From NCBI GenBank assembly GCA_021613535.1, contig CP075496.1, forward strand, positions 4,278,001 through 4,342,000: 64,000 bases of DNA. Direction: 5' to 3'. The notes beneath the pieces were generated by a model. It made no database searches. It had not been told where the DNA came from and was given only the letters and a program-made list of their open reading frames with translations. The DNA is from Adineta vaga (lineage: Eukaryota; Animalia; Rotifera). Below are positions 38,921-52,520 of this stretch, piece after piece. Position 1 is the stretch's first letter. Each line of letters starts with the position of its first letter. The translations under genes and the position numbers were made by a program.

Positions 38921-39732
38921 TTTTTTCAATGAAGTTTTTCTATACTATATATATATATATAATATAAACGTGAACGTAATTTTGTCATATTTTCGAATTC
39001 CATGATTTGGCTTATATAGATAAATGTTGTGAGTAAATATAGGGTCCTTCAATATAAGACACGCGTGCATGTACGAGAAACATAAAATAGGTAGCCGAGA
39101 ATGAAACGAAGCCGATTTCTTGTTTCAGTCGTGCCCCATTCCAAAAACGCTTCCTTTTGTCTTTAAACGAAAGCTAGAATTTGCGGTTAACTCATGTATT
39201 GAGATATGTTCTAGGAAACGAAGTATGCAAAAAAAGATACGAATGGCTTATTCAATAACCAACAGACGTGTTGATATAGCATTTTCCAGATAGGAGAAGA
39301 GGAAGATAGTCAGTTTATTTTTATTAAGGATTCAACGGAACTGAAGCACTACAATATATATATTCCTGTGTTTGGAAGTTTTTGAAAATGTTATCAATCG
39401 AAAAGAAAAATACTTTAGGCAACCCATCGCCATGATATGCGACCATTTTGTTAACGCTATTCATCTATCATATAAATATATTTAGAAAAAAGTCGAAAAA
39501 TGAAGATGTGACGTATGTTGCTTGGAACTATCTCATTCAAAAAAGAGTATAGATGATAAGCGTGGGTTAGAATTATCGTGTGAGTTAAGTAAGAAATTAC
39601 GTTTGAGTCTTTGAGATAAGAGTTTTTCCATCAACATCGTGAATGGTTGCTATGTGGTATATACAAAATATCTATATTGAAGGCTTTCATGTTTACTTCT
39701 TATTGTTCTCATTCATTTATAATATAGGTGCA

Positions 39733-41109
39733 ATGTCCTTTTCCAGCTCAGCTAAACCTTACACGGATGATTCATATCGACAATTTCAGAAACGTACTTA
39801 TGAACAACACCCGAAAATAGATTTAGGTGATGTGAAAGAAACGGCTAAAAGAATATGTCAGAAAGTGACGAAAAAAGCAGGAGGTTACTCATCTTTTGAG
39901 GTGATCGGTGCTGGATTTCAGTTTGGTGTCTATGAGAATATTACATTCTGTTCCACTTGCGGACTGACAGTTGTAGATTGGCCATCAGACATGAAACCAT
40001 TTGCTATTCATTCCAAACGAAGTCCAACATGTCCATTTGTTCTATCGATGTTACCTACACCTATAGACATCAAAGATGATGTCACTCATCTACTTCGCAT
40101 GACATCACTAACATCACCCTGCACAGATATAACTTCATTTGTGGAAACAGACATTGTCAAACAAGTACGAAAACGAACATTCTGTCATTGGCCACATTCA
40201 TCGCCATCATCTCCTTCGTTTTCACAAATGATTCAAGCAGGCTTTTTCTCATGTAATGTTAAAGATCGTGTAATATGTATCTATTGCAATATTATCTGTC
40301 AAGAATGGAGTTTATTCACTGATGATCCGTTTCAATTACATAAAATGCTGTCACCGAATTGTCCGTATGTTCGTGCAATGTTGAATAGTTCATCAACATC
40401 ATCTCTTTTGATTCTTAACAATCACTCAACTGCCAGTCAATCATTACAGATGAAGGCAGGAAAAGATCATGAATCATCGTCAACATGGTCAGATGAGAGC
40501 AAACTATTAGAAGATGTGACAGCTCGTTTTGATCTTCCTATATCGAGGAGTTTGATTAAACAAGGTTTAAATCCATCTATTATCAAACGATGTTGGCAAG
40601 ATCAATTACGATTAAAACGTAAGATTGTACAGTTTGTTTTGTATATCAAACGAAAGTGTAGTCATAGCTTAATGTACTTTTCTTCGGATAGATGAAGACT
40701 TTACAGATGGGTGCGATCTCTTTGTGGCATGTATGATTCTTGAGATGCAGATCAAATTTATTGATGGAAAGAAAGAAAACATCATTATACCGACAAGAGA
40801 AATGAGAAAACGTCGAAACAAGGAAATAGGTAATCTGTTTGTGAATTAAATATAAATAAAATCCTCTTCATGAATAATATTGTAGACATGTGTTCTGAAG
40901 AACAAGTTATGGTAGGAGCATTTCCCAAAGACTTATCAGATGATGGCAATGGCGATAGTGTGGAAATGATCATATCATCACCATCATCAAGTTCAAGAGC
41001 ATGGATTTCCAAGACTACTTGTGAACGTTTCAATAACTTGAAAACATCAGCGTATGAAGATGATAGGCATCATCAGGCAAGTCAACATTCTTACCAGTTT
41101 GTTGCATGA
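39733..41109 (+). CDS. IAP-C: truncated/chimeric IAP with 2 BIR + UBA-like region, no BIR3, no RING; 3 coding exons
   Basis: ATG 39733 follows a TAG acceptor at 39727; BIR1 CSTC..H..CPF; BIR2 nearly identical to IAP-A; then jumps to ARFDLPIS..CWQDQLRLK; next exon EDFTDGCDLFVACMILEMQIKFIDGKKENIIIP; last exon ends TGA 41109 with no Cys-rich RING. Confidence 0.85.
39977..40446 (+). repeat. Inverted copy of 28498-28967
   Basis: See the partner feature; identity falls off abruptly at both edges. Confidence 0.95.
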
Positions 41110-41620
41110 TATCTCATGCAGCTCTCATTCAATGTCATCATGTTTCAAAATGAGCTGTTCAATGCTCAATGTTGATTGAATATGCGCCATGATTTGGAAT
41201 CTCATAATTAAACAGAAGAAGCAATGATACATATAATCCAGGATCAATATTTTCCAAAGCATAACTTTCATCAACATCATTATAATCAGCAATACGAACT
41301 GTTTAATCAACTATATTCACTGCATCTATGTGATACATTAATGTATCAAAGTAGTAGATCACGTCTTGTCCAATAAAAATCATATTGAAACCAATTGACA
41401 TCAACTATGTAGATGACATATTTTCAATCTTTCATTGTAGATATGTATTTCATTATAAGACATTTCAAATTATATCAAGAGAATCATAAAAGTACTATTC
41501 GATGAGGACATTAAATCGAATCATTGTCGTGTTTCTTATCAGTATGATGCTTCCATATGTTCACACTCTCAGAAACGATAATAAACGAAACCGAAAAGAA
41601 AAAGTATTCATTATAGAAAA

Positions 41621-42551
41621 ATGAATCGATTGTTCTTACTATTACTTTTTACTTCTTACATATATGCATATGTTGACGACAGTGCTCTAACAACTTTACA
41701 AACTTTAGGTAAGTTAAATTCATTCTCGATATGGTGGAAGAAAATAATTTTACGATATTATTTAGATCATTGGAATACTTTTCGAATTATCTTACCACAT
41801 ACAGCGGACGAATGCTTTTATCTTGAAGCAAAATTACATGATACCATTCATGTTGTCTATCAAGTACTCAAAGGTGGTGATTCGAACGTTCGAACAATAA
41901 TAACTGATCCATTGGGTAATATTACATTTTCCAGTGCGATGAGTCCATTTGGATGGTATGATGAAGAAAGTGCAAAAGTTGCTGGTAAACAGGCAATTCT
42001 TTTCAAAATATCATCTGTTTTTTATTTTGACTTTCTTTTTAAAGGTATTTATCAATTATGTTTTAAAAATGAACAATATTTCACTACCAAGACCATTTAC
42101 ATTGGCGTTCTTGCGGTACATAAGGATCTTCTTGTTGAAGCAAATATTAATACAGAAAAAGAGAATAAAGATAATGAAACAGAAGCTATAGAAGAATTTT
42201 CGGCGACTGCTATGGTAAAAAAAAAACTAGTTGTTTTTTTATAATATTATCGATTAAACAATCCTTTTTATTTAGAAATCGCTCGGTGATATTTCAAGTA
42301 CACTCTATCGTCTTACAGCTTATCAAACAGTTGCTCGTGTTCATGATGTATATGATTTATATTGGGTTGAAGCGAATGAGAGTTATGTCCAAAATTGGGC
42401 AATATGTCAAATTCTAGCAATGATTCTTTGTTCAATTATTCAAGTCTTTAGTATCCGTCGATTATTCATATCAGCAACACCACAAAAAAAATCTTCTTAT
42501 AATCAAAATTTTCGTTCTCAAAGTTCACCTCATTTTCTTATCACAAGTTAA
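41621..42551 (+). CDS. p24/TMED (emp24/gp25L) GOLD-domain cargo receptor, gamma-like; 4 exons
   Basis: Signal peptide; FRIILPHTADECFY, VYQVLKGGD, GIYQLCFKN, KTIY; EANESYVQNWAICQ-TM-IQVFSIRRLF tail; stop 42549-42551. Confidence 0.9.
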
Positions 42552-43421
42552 TTCCATCTAGGACAAGAAAAAGGGAAAAAGAACGGCATAGACTCAAAAT
42601 AGAATAATTTCTAACATAAAAGCATTGCTCTGTGCTATATAGCATATGATTGAGTACGTTTTATCTCTATTGTTATTGTTTTTGCACTCTCAAATCATAT
42701 CAAATAGGCACGTGCTCATCAATGCATAGTTTTTGTTAATCTGAATCTCGTTTTACTCTTTCATTTTTTTTTCTCTCTTGATACCCTTGATAGTATCATA
42801 CATGGTATTAGAAGAAGAGAAAAGAAACGTCTCACAGCATTTTTTTGATATCATTTTCTTGTGTTCTGAAACAAACTGAAAGATGAAACATTGCTCGCCA
42901 GGGGTTTTGTCTATTGTACAAAAAGAGAATAAGATAATAAATGACAGCACGCATAAAAAACTAAGCATCATCATTTGCACTTATAAATTCGTGCTACGCG
43001 AAATTTTTCTCTTCTCGCTCCTTCTTCTTTTTTTATACATAGCACGCACACTCTAACCAGTTCGTATCTTCGATATTTGATTCTCTTCTACGAAATTATT
43101 CTTCAAATATCAAAAACACTACTGGCACTTTTTTTTTCTTCATCTGATTGATAAACAACATTCGAAATAAGAAAAACGCCATCGATATTCTTAAAACAAA
43201 AGATTGTTAAGTAAGTTGATCATCTAAAAAAAACTAAGATTTATCACTTATCAATAACTGTACTAATCGTGATCTACATTATTGATGAAGATGAATCGAA
43301 TCGAAATCGAACTTTACAGTTGATATCTTTATCGTACTGATAGACGATAAATTCCTTTCTTAACAATTCGATTTGACTCGATTATTATCCAGTTAGAATG
43401 TTAGTTGTAGAAGACTGAGTA

Positions 43422-43443
43422 AAGAGAGAGAGAGAGAGAGAGA
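43422..43443 (+). repeat. (AG)n microsatellite
   Basis: About 11 AG units. Confidence 0.8.
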
Positions 43444-43744
43444 AATACAATGACGTGGAATTCTTTAGGAAATAATTGCACATCAGCATACAAGTTTTTA
43501 TTCGTTTTAAGTGGATAAGAAAATAGGATTCAGTTTCATTTTGTTTTCTTTCTATTTAGTTTGATTGATTCTATCAATTGAAAATTGAATTCATTGAAGA
43601 ATTTTGATATCAAAATCAAAATTCATTCGTGATTTCGTTTCACATCGTGTTCGTGATGATGAATAGATACTTGCTTGTTTTAAATCAATTCAAGCAACAA
43701 CAGCATCTTAGCAGTTGTTTTTATCAATTGTTTCTATTAGACTA

Positions 43745-44914
43745 ATGTTTACCAAATTCTTAGTGAATTTTATTCAAATTTTACAAGATTTTATCTTCAA
43801 ATTGTCGTCGACTGTTTCATCTCTTTTTTTCATCAGTATTATTATTTTCTATTTGTTTTCTTTAACTCATTCGGCTTCAATATCATCCTTCAATCAGTTA
43901 TCATCAACGACAACAACAACAACATCAAATCAATTTGAATTTATGTCGAATAGTTCATATCGAAATTTTATTCTAAGACAATCTTTATTGATCTATTGAA
44001 TATATCACATACATCTCTTGTTCGTTCAATGATTTATAATCATAGATCTACAAATCGTAAGAATTAAAATAGTTCATTTGCTTTATAAATTTTCAAGAAT
44101 TTGTTTTTCAGTTCAAAAGTCTAGACGTAAACGTTTCACTGATGATGTATCATCTAGTCCAATATTTACATTACAATCAAGTCATTGTTCAATGTACGAT
44201 GGTCAAGTTCAATCAACATTTCATTGGTCTCATTCCACAGACTTCTTAACTTCTATTGAACTTATTTATCATATTGATTCTACGGAAACGAAACCATTTA
44301 CAATTCCATTACATCTAAAATTTAAGCAATTACAAACATCATTTGAACTATTTACGATTCAAACATATTTACAATTTGATTCGAATCGAGATTTCTATTC
44401 GATTAATATCGTTGATTATATTCGTTCATTTAATCAAGAAAATTTCATTATTGAATCAATTCTAACAAGTGAAACATGTCAAACATCACATACATATATG
44501 ATTCTATCATCAACGAATGCTCGTATAAAACCCAATCAAACATTAAAATTAAATCCAACACTTTCATTTGATCTTCGACAATTAACTGCTAAACAAACGG
44601 ATTCATCATTATCAATGTGTAAACTTCGAACAATTCAAATTAAATTTGAAGATCTTGGTTTAGCTTATTTAATTATTCGACCGAAAGAATACACATTTAC
44701 ATATTGTGATGGTTCATGTTCATCAACATTTCATCAATCATCCATGCATGCTGTTTTACAATCAATAATCAATCGAAAAATTTCCAATATTCCTCATCCA
44801 ACTTGTGCACCCACACAATTTGCTGACGATAATTTTCTTCTTCGACAAACGGATGGAAGTATTGCAATTTCTCCAATTAAAGATGTTATTGTTAAACAAT
44901 GTGTTTGCCTGTGA
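43745..44914 (+). CDS. Divergent TGF-beta/BMP-family ligand; 2 coding exons (intron ~44057-44111); apparent 1-nt frameshift at ~43979-43987
   Basis: C-terminal cystine knot CKLRTIQIKFEDLG..IIRPKEY..YCDGSC..HAVLQSI..PTCAPT..DVIVKQCVCL*; hydrophobic signal segment in exon 1; furin-type RRKR. Confidence 0.88.
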
Positions 44915-45196
44915 TTCCTTTTCTTTGTTTGTTACGTAGACTTTGCGAAAAATGCTTTACGACTATGTTCTTTTTTTTTTGCAATTAAAAAAATTCCAGT
45001 AAGACGTCAAACGAGATTCTTTTGTTCTTTTCATTACTTAGTATAGTGAAAGATTCATGTATGAATATATATATATATACGTAAATATATATATATATAT
45101 TTGATATGATATGTATGTAAGTCTTTACGCTTGTAAATACATAATAGAAAAAAAGAAAATAGAAGAAGTTCGAGAAAAAATAAATATCTGCATGAA

Positions 45197-48100
45197 TTAA
45201 ACTTCACTTGAACCTTGTACATAATCCCAATCGACATTTAAATGATCTCGTTTGAAAAATAATTTAAATTTATCAATACTATCTGTATCTCGTTCTAATT
45301 GCCATATTAATTGACATGTACAAGCAGGTTCAGGATTTGATACTGTTGCTGTCGTTGGCATGGAACTCATTGCTATACCTTCATTTGTCCATGCACTTGA
45401 TGATTCACTTTCAATATCAGCAATTTTCATTGACATTGGCATGTCATTCACTGAACTTTCGTGACTTTTATTGCGTATAGGTTTCTGATGCTTTGGTGGA
45501 ATTAAATCATTCGATGCAATGGAATTCATAGTGTTCGATTGATTAGTTGCATAGATACAATCGGGTAAATGAGTTACTGATTGTTTTTGAGAATTAGTTG
45601 ATAATTTTTCACTAGTGTCTGAATTCATTATATTATTTGTAGGTGTTACAGATGTTGATGCTCGACTGGATGGAATTCGATTAGTTGAATCTGTTTCACG
45701 TATTTCTGGAATATTATCGAAGGGTCTTTTATTTAGTGTATTCGAATGACGAGTTGAATCGTTCATACTGTTTTTCGATGCAGTTATTGAACGATGACGA
45801 TGTTGATAATTTTGTGACCATTGATCTGAATCATTGGTTAAGGTTCGAGATGAACGTCGATCATTCGTTAGAGTATCATTATTACGGAAGGAAGTTGCTG
45901 CTGTTGCCACTGCTGTTGCTGCTGCAGCAGCGTTATCTAATTCTGCTTTCAGACGAATCGTATTACCAAAACGAATTCGATGTAAAACTGATTTACGAAA
46001 CAAAGCTGAACCATCATTAAAATTATAATTTGACATATCACTTTTTGATGTTGATGAACCGAAATGACAACGAATATCTTTATTCGTAGCAAATGCACTG
46101 AAATAATCACATATATGTCAATTTTCATAGATCGAAAAAAGAAATTGTTTAGTTTTCTTACCTTCGTTGATTTTTTTCTGGTTTAAAGATAATAAGATAA
46201 AGTTTAGGAAAAAATAGAAAGATTAATACAACATATGCACTAGCATTAGTTGCAACACATAATGAAAATACTTTCACATCCGTAGCAAAATGAACAGCAG
46301 CAAATGCTAACCATATAACACATGTAGTATACATTGAAAAACCAATAAATTTTGCTTCTAGAAAAAGAAGAATTTCAAATAAAACAAATGAAATCTTTCG
46401 ACATAATGCGAATTTATTTACCATTGAAATTTTCCGGTAAATTTCGTGTTTTAACCTAGAATAAAAAGATTATCATTTCAATTTGACACCCTACATAAAC
46501 ACTTACAGCATAAAGTGTACACAAAAATACTAATAGACCATCAAAACCAAGTGGAGCTACAATACCCTCAAGTGATTGTCGACCTAAAACATATCAGAGA
46601 AATTATAGTTCAGAAAGAGTTATTTCTTTTTCATTTAGAATTATCTTACAAGTTAATAATAAACGTCCACCTGTTGTGATCAAAACTGCTTTCGGTGGAT
46701 CACGATAAACAGTAACAGCTAGAAATAAAGATTAGAAAGAACATGTTTTCAAAAAAAGGAAATCATTTCTCATACCAACAATAACAACTTCAGTGATCAA
46801 TATAAGACAAGCAATAGCAAGTTGATGTCTTGCACTCATAAATTTTAATCGTTTCGTAATAATTTTCTTCTTACTACGTGCTAATATTCGTGCTATACGA
46901 TTCGTTTTTGTTACTAATGAACCATATATCATTGAAAATGATATTCCAGGTAATAAACGTGTTAGCACACATATGATAAAGGATGGTTTTTGTAAAACAA
47001 TAAATGCTGTTAAATGACAAAATAGAATTCCCGTTAAAATCAAATAACTTAATTCTCGTGTCGTTGATTTCACTACTGGAGTCGCATTAAAACGTACGAA
47101 GATATAAACAACAAATATACTGATCAGAATACCAACACCAGCTATAAAACAGATTATAATGGATATCGGATGACGAAAATCAATCGTCGTAATTGGTAAA
47201 AGTCGACAAGCTATAGTGAAAACAAATATTTTAAGAAGAAAAAAAAACCCATGCTATCAATATTTATTTAATTACCTGTGCGATTTTCATTAGGAGCAAA
47301 ACCCATAGGGCATGCAAAACAGGTGACTTCATCCAATACAATTTCATCACCGCATGAATGACATTTCCAACAACATCTTTCTTCATCTGTATATTTCTAA
47401 GAGAAACGAAAATTTGCATAAGATTCTTAAAAACTAATCGAAATTTATCATTAATTACCTTGATATGTCCTGTAGAACATGCTTCGCTACAAAATCGTCG
47501 AATATTAATTTCTTCCAAAGGACGTTGATCAGAAAAGAATCGTATTGCCGAAGTATTTAAATTTAATTTTCCTGTACTCCATGTTCCTACTTCAACATAA
47601 TGAAGATGAGGTTCAAGATCATTTGCATTGCCTTGAAGATTTAAAATATCATATCTTTCAGAAACAAAACACATCTTTGATAAACAAAAAAGAACATTTC
47701 CTTCTGTTTTACCTTCCAGGACCATCACCATTCTCATCAAAAAACACTTCTTCACCTAAAACTCAGATAAATTTTATTTGTAGCTATGATCAAGTCTTTC
47801 TTTTTATAATTTCTACCGGTTATTCCTGTAAATCGACTACTTTTTAAAAAATGCATTAATAACGAAGAATTCATTCGAGCCATATCTGTACATAAACCTG
47901 GTATTCCATTGCACACTTGTTTATGCATTTTATCTAGACCGTGTACAACAGCTAAGATTGAATTGATGACAAATGCAAGTTTCGGATCTTCATTATAAGG
48001 AGCTTTTGCTAAACTTTCTCGTTCAGGTGTACATTTACGAGTATATTTCTTTGTTGCTCGATTATTTAGACCATTATCATCTTCATCTAATGCACAAGCA

Positions 48101-49997
48101 AATTTTTGTTGCCAATATTCACGAAACCAAACATTTCGTGTATTATTATGAACATGTAATTGACGAAAATATTGTTCGAAACCAGGTACACGTAATGAAC
48201 GTGCTTTAATCTAAATAATTTTTCATTTATTGGATTTTTTTTATTAGAAGAACTATGTTTCTTTTTTGTATTCTTACAGTAATCGCACCGACTGCTACAC
48301 TTTCGGTATTATTTGGTATTACATTGAGACGATCTGCCCAGGCATCACTAAAATAATATGATTGAATTAATTTTATCTATTGATCAAATCAGATAATCTA
48401 GGGAAAGATCTCGAATCTGTACTCGAACTCTTTTTCGTTAGATACTTCCTGTTCTTTCTCTTCAATAACATTATTAATATTCATCTTTGATCTATTCAAT
48501 TCGTATGATTACCGAAAAATTGGGCTTTCAAACATTTATATGTATAATTAATCGAATTACCTTCCAAGAATAATAAATCGCTGGGTATAATTTAATTCAT
48601 TGACGGCTTGTAGAATAGCTCGAATCGAATGATCGAGGCAAAAACATATTAGAACTTGAACACGAGGTGCTCGAGTAACTAGTTTTTTAATTAATTCAGT
48701 AGCAACCGTTCGATTGGCTCCAATTGGCTGTTGGGGAGAAAAAAAACGAAAAGAAAGTTTTGCTAGTTTCATAGAAATTGATGTTTATCTTTACCATTGT
48801 TAAATCTGCACCAATACAAGCATCATTATTTAGTAAACGACGAATTGCTTCGACACCACCACGACCATAATCACCTACGAGAAACTTTTCTATTATCGAT
48901 CAAATGAATTTGATGTATAAATCTTCACCTTCAGTTCCAATTGTAGCGACATAACTCCATTTAAATTGTCGAATAATATCAACAATAGCTTGAGCTTGTT
49001 GAGTATCTGAAGCAATAACACGTGTAAAATATTTAAATTTTTCTTTATCACTCAATTGTTTAGCCGTAGATGAATAACCAATTTGAGGCATTTCAAATAA
49101 TTGTAAAATATTATGTGTTTGCATAGTAATTGAACTATCACCTGGACCAATAATAGCTGCTAATCGTGCTCGATTTCCATTGACATTCGCTGCTAAATCA
49201 GCAGCAGTTAGAACAGAATTACCAATAAATTCAATTGTTTGTTCCAGAGCAACAGGTGCATACCAACATGAATCACGAATTTGATAACCAACAGTTATAT
49301 TTGGTAATATAAATTGATTAGCATTAACTATTAGAGAAAAAAGAAATCAATTCAATATTTGAAATGAAAAGTTTTTTTCGTACTTTGATCAAGAATCCAA
49401 AATGTTCCTTCGACTCGATGAATACCATAATCTTCACGAATATCACCACTAGAATTGAAAACAAGATCATTCGATTCTATTGCAATAACTAATCAAGAGT
49501 ACTTACCATTCTCGTAATCGACCACCACCATGTAATGTCGGAGGATTATGTAAGGAGAAGAAAGCGCCAATTACAATTTGAGCTTCAGATGGTGGTGAAA
49601 TAGCTAAGAATAGGAAAGAAAGGTTAATAGATTTCGATGTTTACAACATACGTATTTCAAAAACATCAAATTTTAATAAATCTACTTTCAAGAAAGCAAA
49701 ATTATTTGCATATAACTACTAAGAACAATCAACTCAATGCATTTAGCAACTATATTAGCATATTGCATTTCAATGAATACAGTCTCTTGAGATTCTTAAT
49801 GTACTCAAGAAAGTTCTTGACAAATACCATACGACTATCAGAAGAATAAGTTTCTTCGACATACCTGATAAACGATTAAAATAACACATAACAAAATGAG
49901 AATGTGGAATAAATACGGATAGACAGGTGATGGTGAGAACATGAATTAAAAACCGATTGGTATCGTATTGGAATAATCGAAAATATTGTTTAAACAT
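45197..49997 (-). CDS. Metabotropic glutamate receptor, group I (mGluR1/5)-like; many short exons
   Basis: IREDYGIHRVE, LPNITVGYQIRDSCW, IIGPGDSS, QLFEMPQIGYSST..LSDK..FKYFTR, SDAWADR; 9-Cys CRD; VKSTTRELSY, KTNRIARILARSKKKI (group I signature), [42 protein letters not shown]; C-terminus SSEV (class I PDZ ligand). Start codon choice is less certain. Confidence 0.95.
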
Positions 49998-52520
49998 CGA
50001 GATGATAATCGTAATGAAGAGAGATAATTGTGATAAGATAAGAGACGAAAATAGAATCGATCAAAAATTAAAATTTCTCTAATGACATGACGTGAGGAGT
50101 ACATCAGTGTTAATAGAAAAGAAGTTTTTTCGTCGATAAACGTTGATAGAGCATCAGGAGCCATTCCAATTCAACATTGTGTAAGTGTTTTATATCAGAC
50201 GAAGAAGAAGAAGAAAAAACTCGAAGCCTATGGAAAAAAAAGAGAAGAAAAGGAAATATTAGTAAACATGATGAGAGATTTTTTATGTAATCATTTTTCA
50301 ATTTGTGTTATTTTCTTCTAATCGTTTTTAATCTCTGCCACATGTCATACTCACTATTCAATAATCAAGAAAACCAATGCAAAGATAATCAATCTTCTAT
50401 AGATAGATTGATGGATATATTGTTCTGTTTTCTCTACCGCTTGCCATTCTCATTCTCTTTCTTTCGGTAAGAGTATTTATCTATCTATCAATCTTGATCT
50501 AAAATCGCAGATTACTACAACGATTTTCTTTCGTCGTCAGCGTTGTCATTCTTATCATTGCTGTCGTACGATCACGTCTATCAGGCGATGCACACTAGAT
50601 TCATGTTCAATGATTACTATTTAGAGTTTTGTGATCTTCATTCTTGATTTCTTTTTCTGCTTGCTCGCACATACACGCACGCACACATTCACAGACATTT
50701 GTCTTTTCTCGCTTAGCTTGTCTCTTGAATATATCAAGAGAGGTTAGATAAAACGCATACTTTTCTCTGACTAATTTCAACTGATTAACAATTTCCAAGG
50801 ACATAAATGATTTGATCAAATATCGAAGTATTTATTTGTCATAGAAAATCGAAAGTGCAAATATGCCTTCTAAACACGTTTTGATATGTTTTACGATCAA
50901 TAATAACTTGATCCGCTTGTTGTTTTAGCTGTTTTATTTTCTGTTTCATTGGTTTATAAGATATAGAGTCAAAACAAATGTATCTAATCGACATTTATAA
51001 GTCATGCTTGATCACTCAATCACGATAGTTTAGATGCAGAGAAATCTGTTATCGTTCTTTTTCTTGTTGCTTTCGCTCCTTCTTCTATTTTCTCAAGGAT
51101 AAAGAAAAAGAAAATAAGTTAGGGAGAAGTATGTTCTATCAGCTAATTCTTTTTCGTCAATATCGTTACTTGTTGTCGAACTTCTCGAAGACAAAAATGT
51201 CACCAATTTTTAGTAGCATCGCGTCAAAACACGAGTGCTCATCCGTTTCTTCTTGGCGCATCGTTCAACTCATAATTCTATATCCGGTCGATGTTTGCAA
51301 GGCGAAAGAATTTTCTTTTCGAATGATTGCACGAACATCATTCAATTCTCGAGTATCGAGTCGTATGCGACCCATTACTAGAAACAATGTTTTCAATCAG
51401 AAAATCATATAAAATTATCTGTTGTTTTTTTGTCTTTTAAAATCATTTTCTATTTAATATAAAGAAAAAAGAGAATATTTTGTCTTATACAAAACTTAGA
51501 TTCGATTTGTAATCTTCTTAATGACATCATGATTGCTGTTCTTCTATGGATAAAAAGAAAAGAATGTTCTTTTACAAAATATATAAAACAAATCAAATAT
51601 TAGTAATACTAATCAGACTATCTGTAGTTTTGCATTTTTGATTATATCTTAGATATAACTGAACAGATCTCTTTACAAGACTATACGCGATCTTTTACTT
51701 ACAAGGTTGATTGAACGATTGATAGAAATCTTTCACCCACAGATTATTTTCAAACTGAATAAATTTAGTTAGAATATACAGGAAGTAGATTAATTAGAGA
51801 GTCTCGATTTAGATCTTTCATTGTGTTCAATTGTCATGAACGCAAGAAATATAAAGTAATTGGTTCTCATTAATTCATATCATGATCGTTCTTCTCATTT
51901 GAAGGAAGTAAATCGTCATTTATGATAGTCTAGTCTTATTTCAACACTTGTAGAACTTGATAAGAATTCTAACTAGAAAACTAATCCTTCAAGACTTTAA
52001 TGTTAATAACGTAATAATTTGGGACTAGAATGATATTTTTATGTTTATTCCTCCAATATACATATGTGATCTTTCTTCGGAATAAATCTTTGTGTTGATA
52101 TTTATTTTTTGTATGCAAAAAATAAAACAAAGAAAAAGAAAATATTTAACTTTTACAAATGTATATAAATATATAACGAAACAATTGAAAAGATATGTTC
52201 TTTCGATCAAAATCAGTTCTATTTTTTGTTTTATAAAATAAAACCGAATAAAAAACATTCTGCAGTGTTTCTCAACAAAAACGATTTAAAATTCATCGTA
52301 TTAATGATGTCAAATTTCTGTTGTATTGATCGAATAACAACAAAGAAAGAGAAAGAAAGAAGGAAAAGGACGGAATTGACAACATTCAAAAGTTTTATAC
52401 TACCAGATAGAAGGAAAGTCTGGAATAAAATATAAAAACAAGAAACAAACGCAAAACATACAAAATTCATTCTATCTGACAATAGAACAAGAAAAATTTT
52501 CATAATAAAATATGTTCTTC

